Below are positions 32,272 through 41,608 of a stretch of 64,000 nt of DNA, piece after piece. The position numbers and the translations under genes are program-made. Where the stretch lies: the NCBI GenBank assembly GCA_964505155.1, contig CAZDGL010000001.1, positions 71,058 through 135,057 of the forward strand, read 5' to 3'. Source of the DNA: an uncultured Candidatus Saccharibacteria bacterium (lineage in GTDB: Bacteria; Patescibacteriota; Minisyncoccia; Phycocordibacterales; UBA9973). The notes under the pieces were generated by a model. The model was not told the DNA's origin, did no database searches, and saw only the letters and a list, made by a program, of their open reading frames with translations. Positions within the stretch are counted from its first letter, which is position 1. Each line of letters starts with the position of its first letter.

Positions 32272-32748
32272 TTAGTTTCCATGATCTTTATCCCCAAGTT
32301 GGGATCTGTAGAATTTTCTCAAATTCTGAAAAATCCATCCCATCAACAAAGGTGTGTTGATGTTTCGACGTATGTATTCTGCATACATTTCACGAATGTT
32401 CTTGTTCAATATCGGATCATCCTCTGCATCCTGAAGATGTCGATGTGCGCACGTCCACTCCCAGTCCAAATTTTCTAAAGACCAGTCTTCATAGCGGTTT
32501 ACCATTTCGACTTTCTCCAGTTCGATATAGTAAACAAGATAGACATATGAATCAGGAAAAGGATTGTCCCACTCTGAATAGGGATCACCCTGATCAGTTA
32601 CCGATTCAATCTTGAAATCCTTGTCGGTAAGATAAGGATATTCCACTTTCAGTTCCTTGATCTCCTCGATCAACCTGTCGTAGGTCCAATTTGAAATCGA
32701 TGTTCTCTTCCTGATCAACACTGGATTTTCCCTTTTGATTGAAGCCAC
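32272..32748 (-). CDS. hypothetical protein
   Basis: ORF in an early island; start uncertain. Confidence 0.6.
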   Translation of the reverse strand: MASIKRENPVLIRKRTSISNWTYDRLIEEIKELKVEYPYLTDKDFKIESVTDQGDPYSEWDNPFPDSYVYLVYYIELEKVEMVNRYEDWSLENLDWEWTCAHRHLQDAEDDPILNKNIREMYAEYIRRNINTPLLMGWIFQNLRKFYRSQLGDKDHGN

Positions 32749-32892
32749 GCGATAGTCAAGTCGATGACAGCTTAGTTACAATTCCGAAGCGAAAGTCCAG
32801 TTTGAAGGTTATTTACCATTCGAGACGTTGCTTCAGTAATCAGTTCCGGATAATCCAGATCTTTCAACTTTTTGTCCATAATCAACCTTCCA

Positions 32893-33117
32893 TCACAACT
32901 TCTTGAAGCGAGCGTTCAGGGTTTCAATCCAGCGAGTGCGGTTCTCTTGAATGTAAGAAAAAATCTGGTCATCAGGAATACCAGAAAACTCGTCGCGAGC
33001 CGCATAATCGGCCCAGAAATAACCCTTCCAGTTTCCGTCATTACCACGCTTGGCAGCAACTCGGAAAACGTAATTGCGGCTCCAGCTATGAACCACATTA
33101 ACAACCAGTTCGTTCAT
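32893..33117 (-). CDS. hypothetical early protein
   Basis: GGAG RBS directly after the early promoter. Confidence 0.7.
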   Translation of the reverse strand: MNELVVNVVHSWSRNYVFRVAAKRGNDGNWKGYFWADYAARDEFSGIPDDQIFSYIQENRTRWIETLNARFKKL

Positions 33118-33142
33118 ATCCGTATCTCCATTCGATGAACTG

Positions 33143-33171
33143 ACAATATCTCAAAACCTAACTGGTGTCAA
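33143..33171 (-). promoter_or_regulatory. sigma70-type early promoter, back-to-back with a late promoter (CATAAATA, + strand)
   Basis: TTGACA-17-TATTGT; leader TCATCGAATGGAGATACGGATATG. Confidence 0.75.
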
Positions 33172-33202
33172 GCATAAATAATCAGAATAACTAGGATCTG
33201 AA

Positions 33203-33826
33203 ATGACGAAGTTTAACGAACCGGAAGACCAGCGTAAATCTGGTGGCAAATATCCAAATTACAATGTCCTGAAATCTGCATCAGGACACACCTTTGTTAT
33301 GGATGATACCGAAGGTGCCGAATCCGTTACTCTTCAGCATCGTTCGGGCTCCATGGTCCAAATGCGTGCCGATGGCACCGTCACAATTCGTTCTAATAAG
33401 CAGAAGATCGAAGTCGTGCTTGGGGATAACCAAGTCAAGATATCAGGATCGTATGACATCGTAGTCGATGGTGGAGCATCCATGAAAGTCAAAGGTGATA
33501 TGGATTGGTCGGTTGACGGAGATTTCAATCAGACGATTGCTGGAAATATCAAGCAGGTAGTTGGTGGGAACCGCGAATCAATCGTTAATGGAAACGATAC
33601 GGCTTTGATCAACGGCTCCCAAACCACGGACATTAATGGTGACCATCAAATGACAACGGACGGAACCTCGTTTCAGGCAGCGGATGGTGGCATGGCTCTA
33701 CATGCTACTGGAGGACCAGTATCCATTGCTGCAGCTAACGAGGTGTCCGTCGACGCTGGTTCGGCTCTGAATATGAAGGCTACTGGTGGAGCGAAGGTTT
33801 CCGCTTCACGAATTGACCTAAACTAG
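33203..33826 (+). CDS. gp5-like spike, C-terminal beta-helix part
   Basis: YPNYNV..S.SGH....DDT.GAE.....HRSGS, VxG repeats, ends IDLN. Confidence 0.85.
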   Translation: MTKFNEPEDQRKSGGKYPNYNVLKSASGHTFVMDDTEGAESVTLQHRSGSMVQMRADGTVTIRSNKQKIEVVLGDNQVKISGSYDIVVDGGASMKVKGDMDWSVDGDFNQTIAGNIKQVVGGNRESIVNGNDTALINGSQTTDINGDHQMTTDGTSFQAADGGMALHATGGPVSIAAANEVSVDAGSALNMKATGGAKVSASRIDLN

Positions 33827-33922
33827 TATATAGATCTGTCCAGTTGATTTCGGAACAGAACTTGTAGGTGAGTACGATAAACGTAGCACCCCAGAGGACG
33901 CTAAAAAATACTACATCAAATG

Positions 33923-34342
33923 TCATTCCTCAAATTCCTTCTTTAGTTGTTCATAAAGTGCACGCTTGGCTTCACGCTCTTCCTGTTTCTTTTTGAAGAT
34001 AGCGTCTTCAGTTATTTCTCGGATTCGCTTCTCGGTCTCGATCTCGTCGTTCAGGATCTTGTCGATGTAAGTAGTTTCGACAATAGCATTGAGTGGAATG
34101 TTCGAAATCATCGCTTCTTCATATCCCCGAGCACCATAGAAAGTCCAGTGAGAAACGATAGTTTTCTCACCGTAATAGTCCTCGATATTCCAGTCTTCCT
34201 CGTTTACCCACTGGTGATATTCATCACACTTGAGACCAAGTTCCTTTCGACGTAAATTATAAAACATACAAGCGTGGTCGATATCGGAATTGATTTCATC
34301 CCGCAGTTCAAGGTAACGATCAATATCAGAACGCAACATCAT
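33923..34342 (-). CDS. hypothetical early protein
   Basis: GAGGAG RBS; TTGACT-17-TATGGT promoter at 34373-34401. Confidence 0.65.
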   Translation of the reverse strand: MMLRSDIDRYLELRDEINSDIDHACMFYNLRRKELGLKCDEYHQWVNEEDWNIEDYYGEKTIVSHWTFYGARGYEEAMISNIPLNAIVETTYIDKILNDEIETEKRIREITEDAIFKKKQEEREAKRALYEQLKKEFEE

Positions 34343-34400
34343 TTTTTGTATTCTCCTCATAAATAATGAACAACCATACAGCATGAACTAAGGAAAGTCA

Positions 34401-34781
34401 ATGCCTGAAGCAGTACGTGGAGACGGAATCGACCTAACCACTGGTCCACATGGAATCATTCCAACCGATACCGGATCCTCGACTGTTTTTGTAAACGGAA
34501 TGCCGATGGTTCGCGTAACCGATAAAACCGTGCCTCACGACGACCTTCCTATTCTGTTGTCGGCATCAGGCACGGTTTTTGTAAATGGTCTAGGTGCTGG
34601 TCGTAAAGGTGATATCTATATCGGAGAAGTAGAACACCTTATTATCACAGGCTCAGCGGATGTCTGGATTGAGGAATTAGGTGGAGGACCAACTCCACCT
34701 GACGATTCCAATAACTTCCAGTTCGACTCTGGTGAAGACCTATCCTTCGATACCGGAGACGACTTCGCTTTTGATGGTTAA
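34401..34781 (+). CDS. PAAR-like spike tip protein (gp5.4-like)
   Basis: MPEAVR, GSSTVFVNGMPMVRV.D, GTVFVNG, GSADV. Confidence 0.85.
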   Translation: MPEAVRGDGIDLTTGPHGIIPTDTGSSTVFVNGMPMVRVTDKTVPHDDLPILLSASGTVFVNGLGAGRKGDIYIGEVEHLIITGSADVWIEELGGGPTPPDDSNNFQFDSGEDLSFDTGDDFAFDG

Positions 34782-34963
34782 ACGGCAACCCAAGTGGTGT
34801 CACCGTAGGTCTCCAGATCTCGCTTCCAGTCTGGTGAATAGACATAGGTGAGAAGGGAATTGTAAGTCTTCCCTGATTCCTTGACCCGGATAGCGTTGTA
34901 AATTCCCTCGTCAGCAAGATAGTTGACGGAACCAGCGTGATGCTTGTCGGTACATTTAATCAT
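34778..34963 (-). CDS. hypothetical protein
   Basis: ORF in an early island. Confidence 0.55.
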   Translation of the reverse strand: MIKCTDKHHAGSVNYLADEGIYNAIRVKESGKTYNSLLTYVYSPDWKRDLETYGDTTWVAV

Positions 34964-35154
34964 TCGATTATCTCCAATGTTACACGCACCCTCTTACCAA
35001 TGAACGGTGAGAGAATCAAGTGCTTTTTAGTTTCATCCCACGACTGAATCCGAAAGAATATCTCCTCTTCTTTCGGATCAATATCACCATACTTAGCCAT
35101 ACCACCGTCTTCGGTGGAGGGAGTGTAAATCCCTTCGGCTACGATTTTTGTCAT
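34960..35154 (-). CDS. hypothetical protein
   Basis: GAGG RBS; coupled to the next ORF. Confidence 0.6.
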   Translation of the reverse strand: MTKIVAEGIYTPSTEDGGMAKYGDIDPKEEEIFFRIQSWDETKKHLILSPFIGKRVRVTLEIIE

Positions 35155-35309
35155 TTAACCAACCTCGTTGAATACCGGATATCGCTCAATACGAAAAACA
35201 TCTCTTCCGGTTGAGTTATTTTCATATATCGTTACATAACTCTCAGCAACTTTTCGAGATCCACAGACCTTATGATTTGAATATAGATCAGTTTTGAAAA
35301 CTTGTCAAC

Positions 35310-35342
35310 AAAAAAATGGCCCCAAATTTCTCTGGGACCATT
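35310..35342 (-). terminator. intrinsic terminator after gp32, abutting an early promoter (TTGACA 35308-35303, 17 nt, TATATT)
   Basis: ATGGTCCCA/TGGGGCCAT stem plus T-run. Confidence 0.75.
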
Positions 35343-35369
35343 CGCTTTATTGAAAATTTCTAGGTGATG

Positions 35370-36272
35370 TTATTCAGCTAGCTGCTTGAACTCATTCAAG
35401 TATGCTGCATCATCATCCTCGTCCGTAGACGCTGGTGATGCCTCATCAAATGGTGCTTCATCCTCATCGTCCTCAACCTTGGTTGGTGATTTATAGGCTT
35501 CTGCTGCAGGCTTATCAGGGTTCTTTACCACCTGACCCAAAGCAATAGCAAGTCTCTTGGATAGATCCTCGTATGACTTGAAGTTCTTTGGATCCAGAAT
35601 TTCCAGAAGTCCGAATTCCTGTTCATAAAGCTTTTCAGCTTCATCGTCTGGAATAGGCTTTGGATCTAGGAAGTAGGATGCATCGTAATTCCGGAAACCA
35701 TCCTTCTTCTTGGAAATGAGCTTGAAGTCTGCTCCTTCTTCGAAATCAAATGGATTGAACGGAGTCTTGTCGTCATCCGCAGGGTGCATGGCTTCGTTGA
35801 TCTTCTCGAAGATCTTCTTACCATACTTGAACTTGAAGACCTTACCTTCATCTTCAGGCTTTGCCTTGTGCTCGATTACAAGGATGTTGGAAACGTAAAT
35901 GGTCTTACGCTTTCTATCGCGAGCAATCTTCTTCTTATCCTCGTCACCTGAATTCCAAAGTTCGGAACAGTGTTCGGTAACAGGATCGTCAGCACCAATC
36001 GACGTACGGCAATTCTCGATATACCACTTTCCAGTTGGTCCCTTGAAAGAGTGATTGTAGTAACGAACGAATGGAAGTCCGTCGTCGCTATCAATATCCT
36101 GTGGAGGAGTTGGTAGGAATCGAATCGTAGCCTTACCGTTGCTAGTCTTATCGACTTCTAGCTGCCAGTAATCGGCATCGTCTGATTGGTAGGGATTTGC
36201 CATCTTCTCGATGGCCTTGTTGATCTTGTCGGTAGAGTTGAGTTGTTTCTTTAATTTTGCAAAAGCAGACAT
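35370..36272 (-). CDS. gp32: single-stranded DNA-binding protein gp32
   Basis: IRFLP, GKWYIENC.TSIG, GKVFKFKYGKKIF, RNYD.S.F, acidic tail. Confidence 0.97.
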   Translation of the reverse strand: MSAFAKLKKQLNSTDKINKAIEKMANPYQSDDADYWQLEVDKTSNGKATIRFLPTPPQDIDSDDGLPFVRYYNHSFKGPTGKWYIENCRTSIGADDPVTEHCSELWNSGDEDKKKIARDRKRKTIYVSNILVIEHKAKPEDEGKVFKFKYGKKIFEKINEAMHPADDDKTPFNPFDFEEGADFKLISKKKDGFRNYDASYFLDPKPIPDDEAEKLYEQEFGLLEILDPKNFKSYEDLSKRLAIALGQVVKNPDKPAAEAYKSPTKVEDDEDEAPFDEASPASTDEDDDAAYLNEFKQLAE

Positions 36273-36353
36273 TAATATCCTTTGATTTTCTGCTTCACTT
36301 CATTCATAATTTAGCTTCTTGTTTTCTTGTTGCACATGAGACATTATCTGAAG

Positions 36354-36938
36354 TTATTTATGTGACTTCATCGCGTCGATGAGAGTTTTTTTGATCTTTT
36401 TTTCGTCATAGTGGAAAAAAGGTCTATACTTATCAATGAGTAATCTGGTTCTAACCCAGATAGGATCCTCGGACATATGGGCATCGAACATCGGAAAAAC
36501 GTTCGTCAGATTATCAAATGCCGTCACCGTTTGAATGGAAATCTCACCAGCATAATAGGCTTCAATCAGTGGAGGAGTCTCGAATGGCTTACACTTGCAG
36601 CTATCCAGATATCCATATCGATTGAAGAGCTTGTTGATTTCCTGTGAAAAAATATAGGAAAACGATCCTACAATCTTCTGGTAGTCGAGATACGTATCCC
36701 GATTGAATTCTCCTATCCACATCTTTGGATCTACCAGTAGATTTGAGATATAGAAGAACCGCAATTCCTCTCTAGGATAGAGGGACGTTAGTCGATAGAA
36801 ATGCAGCTTGTCTCTGCGAGTATCAAATGCTGTGGAGGTAATCTTCCGTGGTCCATATTTGAAGAAATCATATTTACCTGTGAAGTGGAGTTTCAATCCA
36901 AGGTATAGAGCACAGGCTTCATGTGGAGTTGCTTTCAT
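36354..36938 (-). CDS. gp59: helicase loader gp59
   Basis: YLGLKLHFTGKYDFFKYG, F..RRDK..F, KYRPF. Confidence 0.93.
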   Translation of the reverse strand: MKATPHEACALYLGLKLHFTGKYDFFKYGPRKITSTAFDTRRDKLHFYRLTSLYPREELRFFYISNLLVDPKMWIGEFNRDTYLDYQKIVGSFSYIFSQEINKLFNRYGYLDSCKCKPFETPPLIEAYYAGEISIQTVTAFDNLTNVFPMFDAHMSEDPIWVRTRLLIDKYRPFFHYDEKKIKKTLIDAMKSHK

Positions 36939-36941
36939 TTA

Positions 36942-37181
36942 TCACCAAAGCGGATCGTATTCCCTTTCGTCTTTAACCAGACGCAAACCAATTGCCTCCA
37001 CTTCGATCTTCTTTTTCAGAGGCTTCGATATCATTTTTGCTGCTAATTCATATTCCATTCCATTTCGGTCACAGTAAAGCATCACCGCATCCATCAGGGA
37101 TATGCGTTTGACAATTGCTAGATTTTCGATTGTGAGGGAGAAATTATGAATTTCTTGAAGTTGTGTATTGCTAGTATTCAC
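36942..37181 (-). CDS. gp33: late-transcription coactivator gp33
   Basis: IE.......MDAV..YC..N..E......ISKPLKKKIE.EA. Confidence 0.9.
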   Translation of the reverse strand: MNTSNTQLQEIHNFSLTIENLAIVKRISLMDAVMLYCDRNGMEYELAAKMISKPLKKKIEVEAIGLRLVKDEREYDPLW

Positions 37182-37477
37182 TTGCGGTTTTCAATTTCCA
37201 ATTTTGCCTTAGCGATAAAGCTTTTCACTGCTCTATTATTCGTAACGCAGGTTCCAAGGTGACGCTCATATGCAGTCACTAATTTGTTTAGATCCTTGAC
37301 TTCCATGGTCTTAGGATCAGGATATTCTGCCTTACTCAAACCATTACATTCCAACAAAGAAGGAGGAATGTCAAGAACTTTGTACTCGGTTCGGGTAAGA
37401 TATTTTGGTTCGGATGTGGTAGCACACGCTGCAATCGTTAGGGACAACATGAGAACGAGTAGAAGCTTCTTGATCAT
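37178..37477 (-). CDS. outer-membrane spanin (Rz1-like lipoprotein)
   Basis: Lipobox IAAC; PPSLLEC; overlaps the i-spanin. Confidence 0.75.
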   Translation of the reverse strand: MIKKLLLVLMLSLTIAACATTSEPKYLTRTEYKVLDIPPSLLECNGLSKAEYPDPKTMEVKDLNKLVTAYERHLGTCVTNNRAVKSFIAKAKLEIENRK

Positions 37478-37836
37478 TGTCCGCTCAATCTTTTGATTAA
37501 TTCTCTGGTAGATTCAGGGACTGTGTCCGTTGGATTATCCGGTAGATTGTCCGTGATTGTATCTAGGTGACGTTCTAGCTGACCGATTTCGGTGTCGCGT
37601 TCCAGAATGATCTGGTCACGGAGCTTGAGCAAATCTTCATTCAGTTTGATGAGCTTATTCTTGTCATCAATCGTTTGCTCTAGTTGCTGCTGCTGAACCT
37701 TCAGCACGGCATTTTCCTGCACGGTCGTGTACCAGCTATTAACTGCAAGAGAGCCAAGCGTTATAACAGCTAGAACCGTTATAGCGATGGCTCCCCATTT
37801 GATAGCATTGGCATACGGTGCTAGGAAGTCTGGCAT
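37474..37836 (-). CDS. inner-membrane spanin (Rz-like)
   Basis: N-terminal transmembrane helix plus coiled coil. Confidence 0.7.
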   Translation of the reverse strand: MPDFLAPYANAIKWGAIAITVLAVITLGSLAVNSWYTTVQENAVLKVQQQQLEQTIDDKNKLIKLNEDLLKLRDQIILERDTEIGQLERHLDTITDNLPDNPTDTVPESTRELIKRLSGQ

Positions 37837-38202
37837 TTACCTCTTGGGCTTAGGCTTAGAATCTACGATCTTGTAAGGGACGACTACGGTCTTGGCAGAA
37901 CCCGACATCGATTTAGGAGCCGATTCCTTGATTTCATCATCAGATAGAAGTTCCGACAATCTTCTCATATATGAGGCTAATCTAAGTCTCTGTTCCGACA
38001 AATCTGATGAGACTAAACGAAGACTATTTAAAACGGTGTCTTTGCCATATCCAGCAAGAGCAGAAGGTTCGTCAAGGCTTTCTTCAAAACCACCATCAAA
38101 CTTCAATAGAAGATTTTTGAAAACATCTAGTTCAAACATAATTGAACCAACTTCACGTTCCAATTCATTAACTACTAACGGAACACTATAATTATAAGCC
38201 AT
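37837..38202 (-). CDS. hypothetical protein
   Basis: GGAG RBS. Confidence 0.65.
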   Translation of the reverse strand: MAYNYSVPLVVNELEREVGSIMFELDVFKNLLLKFDGGFEESLDEPSALAGYGKDTVLNSLRLVSSDLSEQRLRLASYMRRLSELLSDDEIKESAPKSMSGSAKTVVVPYKIVDSKPKPKR

Positions 38203-38221
38203 TCACTCTCCAATGAAAAAA

Positions 38222-38296
38222 TGGTACCTCTAGAATGAATCGAACATTCATCTTTCGATTATCAGTCGAATGCACTAGCCGTTGTGCTATAGAGGC
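38222..38296 (-). tRNA. tRNA-Ile(GAU)
   Basis: Cloverleaf, loop CT GAT AA, encoded CCA. Confidence 0.9.
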
Positions 38297-38307
38297 ATAT
38301 TAAACTG

Positions 38308-38384
38308 TGGTGCTTCTAGTCAGATTCGAACTGACAACATGTCGTTTTTGAGACGACCGACTCTACCAATTGGCCTATAGAAGC
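38308..38384 (-). tRNA. tRNA-Leu(CAA), short variable arm
   Basis: GTCGT CT CAA AA ACGAC; CCA. Confidence 0.9.
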
Positions 38385-38420
38385 ATATTCCTATTTATAT
38401 ATCACTCATCAATCATCATG

Positions 38421-38789
38421 TCAATAGATATTTAGATAAAATTCCGTGGCATGTGGCTTATTGACATTCTCAACAATTATCTTCAGGGTATCATCACTAT
38501 AGTGATCTAAAATAACGGATTCAGAACAAGAATTTCCGGTACTCCGGACGACTTCTCGGTTCATGCTATCATATACCCAAAGGTCGATATCTTGAGTATA
38601 TCCACATGCACCTTCTAATTCAATGACCGTTGTTGTGCCACCTACAAAATCGATCCAGACATACCAACTAGAATCTCGGTTGACAACATCAACATATTCA
38701 GTCTGTTCATATGGATATGGATCCGCATATGTGGGCATCGCAAACAGTGTAGCCAAAACAAATGTTGCTGCAATCATTAAGTTCTTCAT
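38421..38789 (-). CDS. secreted protein, signal peptide plus PPC-like beta domain
   Basis: MKNLMIAATFVLATLFAMPTYA; DIDLWVYD motif. Confidence 0.65.
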   Translation of the reverse strand: MKNLMIAATFVLATLFAMPTYADPYPYEQTEYVDVVNRDSSWYVWIDFVGGTTTVIELEGACGYTQDIDLWVYDSMNREVVRSTGNSCSESVILDHYSDDTLKIIVENVNKPHATEFYLNIY

Positions 38790-38821
38790 TCAGTTTCCTT
38801 TAGTCGGGGTTAAAAACATTT

Positions 38822-38898
38822 TGGTATCCGAGGATGGATTCGAACCATCGTAGAACAAGTTATGAGCTTGCGTCACTAGACCGCTGTGATACTCGGAT
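38822..38898 (-). tRNA. tRNA-Met/Ile2(CAU)
   Basis: CAAG CT CAT AA CTTG; CCA; 5' half overlapped by the upstream endonuclease ORF. Confidence 0.85.
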
Positions 38899-39585
38899 TA
38901 ATTGATGAATATCATATTCCCCCTTTTTAATTAAGTCAATATCTTTTTGCTTAATCAAAATAACTGGTTTTTTTGAATGTGATATTTTTGCCTTATCTTT
39001 TTCTGTTTCGTACCCTTTTACTTCAATATACATATTATAATCGAGTAATAAGAAATCAGGAAAATACAAGTGCCAAGAATTTTCAAACAAATAGGTTTCT
39101 GGTTCTAATTTACTTCTTTGCCATCTTAAATTCTGAGAATCAAGATATTTAGAAACCTCATATTCCCATGAAGAATTATAACGAACCCCGTCAACAGTAA
39201 AATGTTTAGATCTACCAACTACATTCTTATCTGAATAAGATTCGGGATTATCTAATACAACCTGTTTCATTCTTTGTGAGAATTTTTCTCGGTATTTCGG
39301 ATCTTTATATCTTTCTTTTGAAGCTTTACTTTGTCTATCACGATATTCAGGAGAACTAGAAATAGCTATCATTTTATCTGTATGTTTTTTTCTATATTCT
39401 GGATCTCTGAAGCGTTCTATTGATGATTGTCTAATTCTTTCGGCAGATTCGGGACTTAATATTCTTCTGTTTGGATTATTCACACATAAATGTTCATGGC
39501 TTTTTAATGCTGTTGAAGCTGAACACTTTTTATTAGGATAATTTTCTTCTTTATATTCTTTTGCACAAAATTGGCAATTCATCAA
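38860..39585 (-). CDS. putative homing endonuclease, PD-(D/E)xK type
   Basis: S.WE, YFPDF...YIEVKG; helical DPEYR repeats; AT-rich. Confidence 0.75.
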   Translation of the reverse strand: MMNCQFCAKEYKEENYPNKKCSASTALKSHEHLCVNNPNRRILSPESAERIRQSSIERFRDPEYRKKHTDKMIAISSSPEYRDRQSKASKERYKDPKYREKFSQRMKQVVLDNPESYSDKNVVGRSKHFTVDGVRYNSSWEYEVSKYLDSQNLRWQRSKLEPETYLFENSWHLYFPDFLLLDYNMYIEVKGYETEKDKAKISHSKKPVILIKQKDIDLIKKGEYDIHQLIRVSQRSSDASS

Positions 39586-39670
39586 AATACTCCGATTGGT
39601 TACGGAGTATTTATATTTTTACACTTTTCTAGAGCAGGAGGCTCACCCGGAGAGCGGACCTAGCTAAATT

Positions 39671-39763
39671 TGGTAGGGACGGTCGGGGTCGAACCGACAG
39701 CGTGATCATTAATCCGTAGTGGATTTTAAGTCCACCGAGTTTCTACCATTTCTCCACGTCCCC
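39671..39763 (-). tRNA. tRNA-Leu(UAA), long variable arm
   Basis: GTGGA CT TAA AA TCCAC; CCA. Confidence 0.9.
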
Positions 39764-40149
39764 ATATTCCTTTATTTAGTCACGTAAATTGCGGCTTCAC
39801 CGATAAAAATAAACGGCCATAGAACTCCTCTCAGTGGAGACATAGGACGTGTGCAATTCCAATAAACGTCCCATTGTTCCGAGAATGTATGCGACGAGAA
39901 AAACCTTACCTGTAAATAATTCCATCACTTTAATCCTTTCATCCCGGTCCACTTTCACCGCAATAATAACAAATCCAACCACCAGTCATGGCTTCAGATT
40001 CCATCATCGGACAATTCATATCCCTTTTGCAATCAGGATGATATGTCCGAACCTCAATGAAACCTAATCCCTTGCATTCATGACAATATGGTGATGGTCT
40101 ACAAGCAACCTTGGTTGCCGTAGCATTGTCGTAGCGAACGGTGCAGGCT

Positions 40150-40485
40150 TCACATTGAATTCGCTTGTAACTCATGATAACTCCTGCGTGCTCGCTTGAC
40201 AGCACGATTGATCATTTTCGACCTTGAGGTTTTGATTTCCTGCTTTGGTCTTCCCCATCGAGTTTCTACGAAACCACATTTCCAAGCTAGAGAATTCAAA
40301 TGTCGTGAGGTAGGAACTTCACCGTGGTGTTCGATCATGTAAGAAATGATATTGCCTATCAGATCCTTCTGAATCTGGTTGACAGATTTCTTAGCTTTAC
40401 CATATTCATCCCACGGATATACATCTGCCGCACCAGCTTCTACGAGCCGCTTCATGGCAATGAATGGGGAAACACGTTTAGGCAT
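40150..40485 (-). CDS. hypothetical protein
   Basis: GGAGG RBS; promoter TTGACA-17-TATTGT at 40507-40535. Confidence 0.65.
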   Translation of the reverse strand: MPKRVSPFIAMKRLVEAGAADVYPWDEYGKAKKSVNQIQKDLIGNIISYMIEHHGEVPTSRHLNSLAWKCGFVETRWGRPKQEIKTSRSKMINRAVKRARRSYHELQANSM

Positions 40486-40549
40486 TAAAAAACCTCCAGA
40501 TAGGATACAATAGACTATCTGGAGGTTCTTGTCAACGCATAACCCGCAT

Positions 40550-41113
40550 TTATGCGCTGATTCGGTTTTCGGACTTCTTCTTGTAGAGGAGTCGATAGTC
40601 CTTCATTCGGTCGGCATCGGGCTCGAAACCCTTGTCGGTCAGATATCCACGAATATCAATGGCTCGACCATCGACGGACGTCTCGACCACACCGCGATTG
40701 ACATCGGTCAGACTGGTGAAGCGGAACCGAAGCGTAGATCCATCAGGGAATTCGATGTAGGTGGGATTTGCGTTCAATTCCTGAACCTGTTCGTAGTAGG
40801 TTACAGGCTTCGGCTTAGGAGCCTTGACGCGGATTTCGTTGGGATTGGAATAGGTAGTGATAGGCTTGGAAGAGGTAGACTTAGGCTTGGTAGACACTGC
40901 AGGCATTGTGATTTCCTTTGTTCGTAGATCATTGAATGGAACCCAATCTCTCAACATACGTGCATCATCAGGAGAATCTGGAACAAAATATCCATCAATA
41001 CTCATTTCTGAGATTGCTTTCTTCTGAATCATATAATTACCACGACCAGTATTATAGACTGATACATTTTTGACAAGACCGTTGGGAAGAATTTGGGGAA
41101 TATACTGAGGCAT
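40550..41113 (-). CDS. hypothetical protein (possibly two genes)
   Basis: AAGGAG RBS; second RBS and ATG near 40907. Confidence 0.55.
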   Translation of the reverse strand: MPQYIPQILPNGLVKNVSVYNTGRGNYMIQKKAISEMSIDGYFVPDSPDDARMLRDWVPFNDLRTKEITMPAVSTKPKSTSSKPITTYSNPNEIRVKAPKPKPVTYYEQVQELNANPTYIEFPDGSTLRFRFTSLTDVNRGVVETSVDGRAIDIRGYLTDKGFEPDADRMKDYRLLYKKKSENRISA

Positions 41114-41138
41114 AGTTTCACTCCTTCATGTTGAATAT

Positions 41139-41216
41139 TGGTGCTTCCTGTCAGACTCGAACCGACACTATATAACGCTCTCGACGTTACTCCTCTACCG
41201 TTTGGGATAAGGAAGC
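41139..41216 (-). tRNA. tRNA-Leu(GAG), short variable arm, C33
   Basis: TAACG TC GAG AG CGTTA; CCA. Confidence 0.85.
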
Positions 41217-41221
41217 AATGA

Positions 41222-41298
41222 TGGTACCCCTAGTCGGATTCGAACCGACAACCTCCTGATTCTAAGTCAGGCACCTCTACCGATTGGGCTACAGGGGC
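41222..41298 (-). tRNA. tRNA-Leu(UAG), short variable arm
   Basis: CCTGA CT TAG AA TCAGG; CCA. Confidence 0.9.
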
Positions 41299-41377
41299 AT
41301 ATAGATTGAAGTGTTTCTTCACAACATCGAAAGCTGAGAAGGTTTCTTCAAACTTTCGTACTGGTTCACCTAAAGGC

Positions 41378-41608
41378 TTATCGTTGGGAAGTGCTCTCAT
41401 TAATAAGTGCCGTTGGCTTACCTGATTTCACATACTCTACATTATCATAATCTGCAAGCAATTTCTTGCATTCGTTCAGAACCTTATTAGAGAAGCCATA
41501 TACGTAGAACGTGTTATTGGCAACTCCTAAAGTCACTTCGGTACAATACGATCCGAAGCGAGACTCAATGGCATCAATAAGACTAGACAAATCAATTATC
41601 TTGCTCAT
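41378..41608 (-). CDS. hypothetical protein
   Basis: AGGAG RBS. Confidence 0.55.
   Translation of the reverse strand: MSKIIDLSSLIDAIESRFGSYCTEVTLGVANNTFYVYGFSNKVLNECKKLLADYDNVEYVKSGKPTALINESTSQR

Noticed and set aside
32715-32879. Stop-codon readthrough in a small early ORF with an in-frame TAA (similar TGA case near 18362)
   Set aside because: Different stop codons and no suppressor tRNA; more simply short ORFs or decaying genes
39617-39665. Possible 5' half of an amber-suppressor tRNA (GCTC..GAGC arm, then TCCTG CT CTA)
   Set aside because: No matching 3' half, T arm or acceptor found; genes show no sign of TAG recoding
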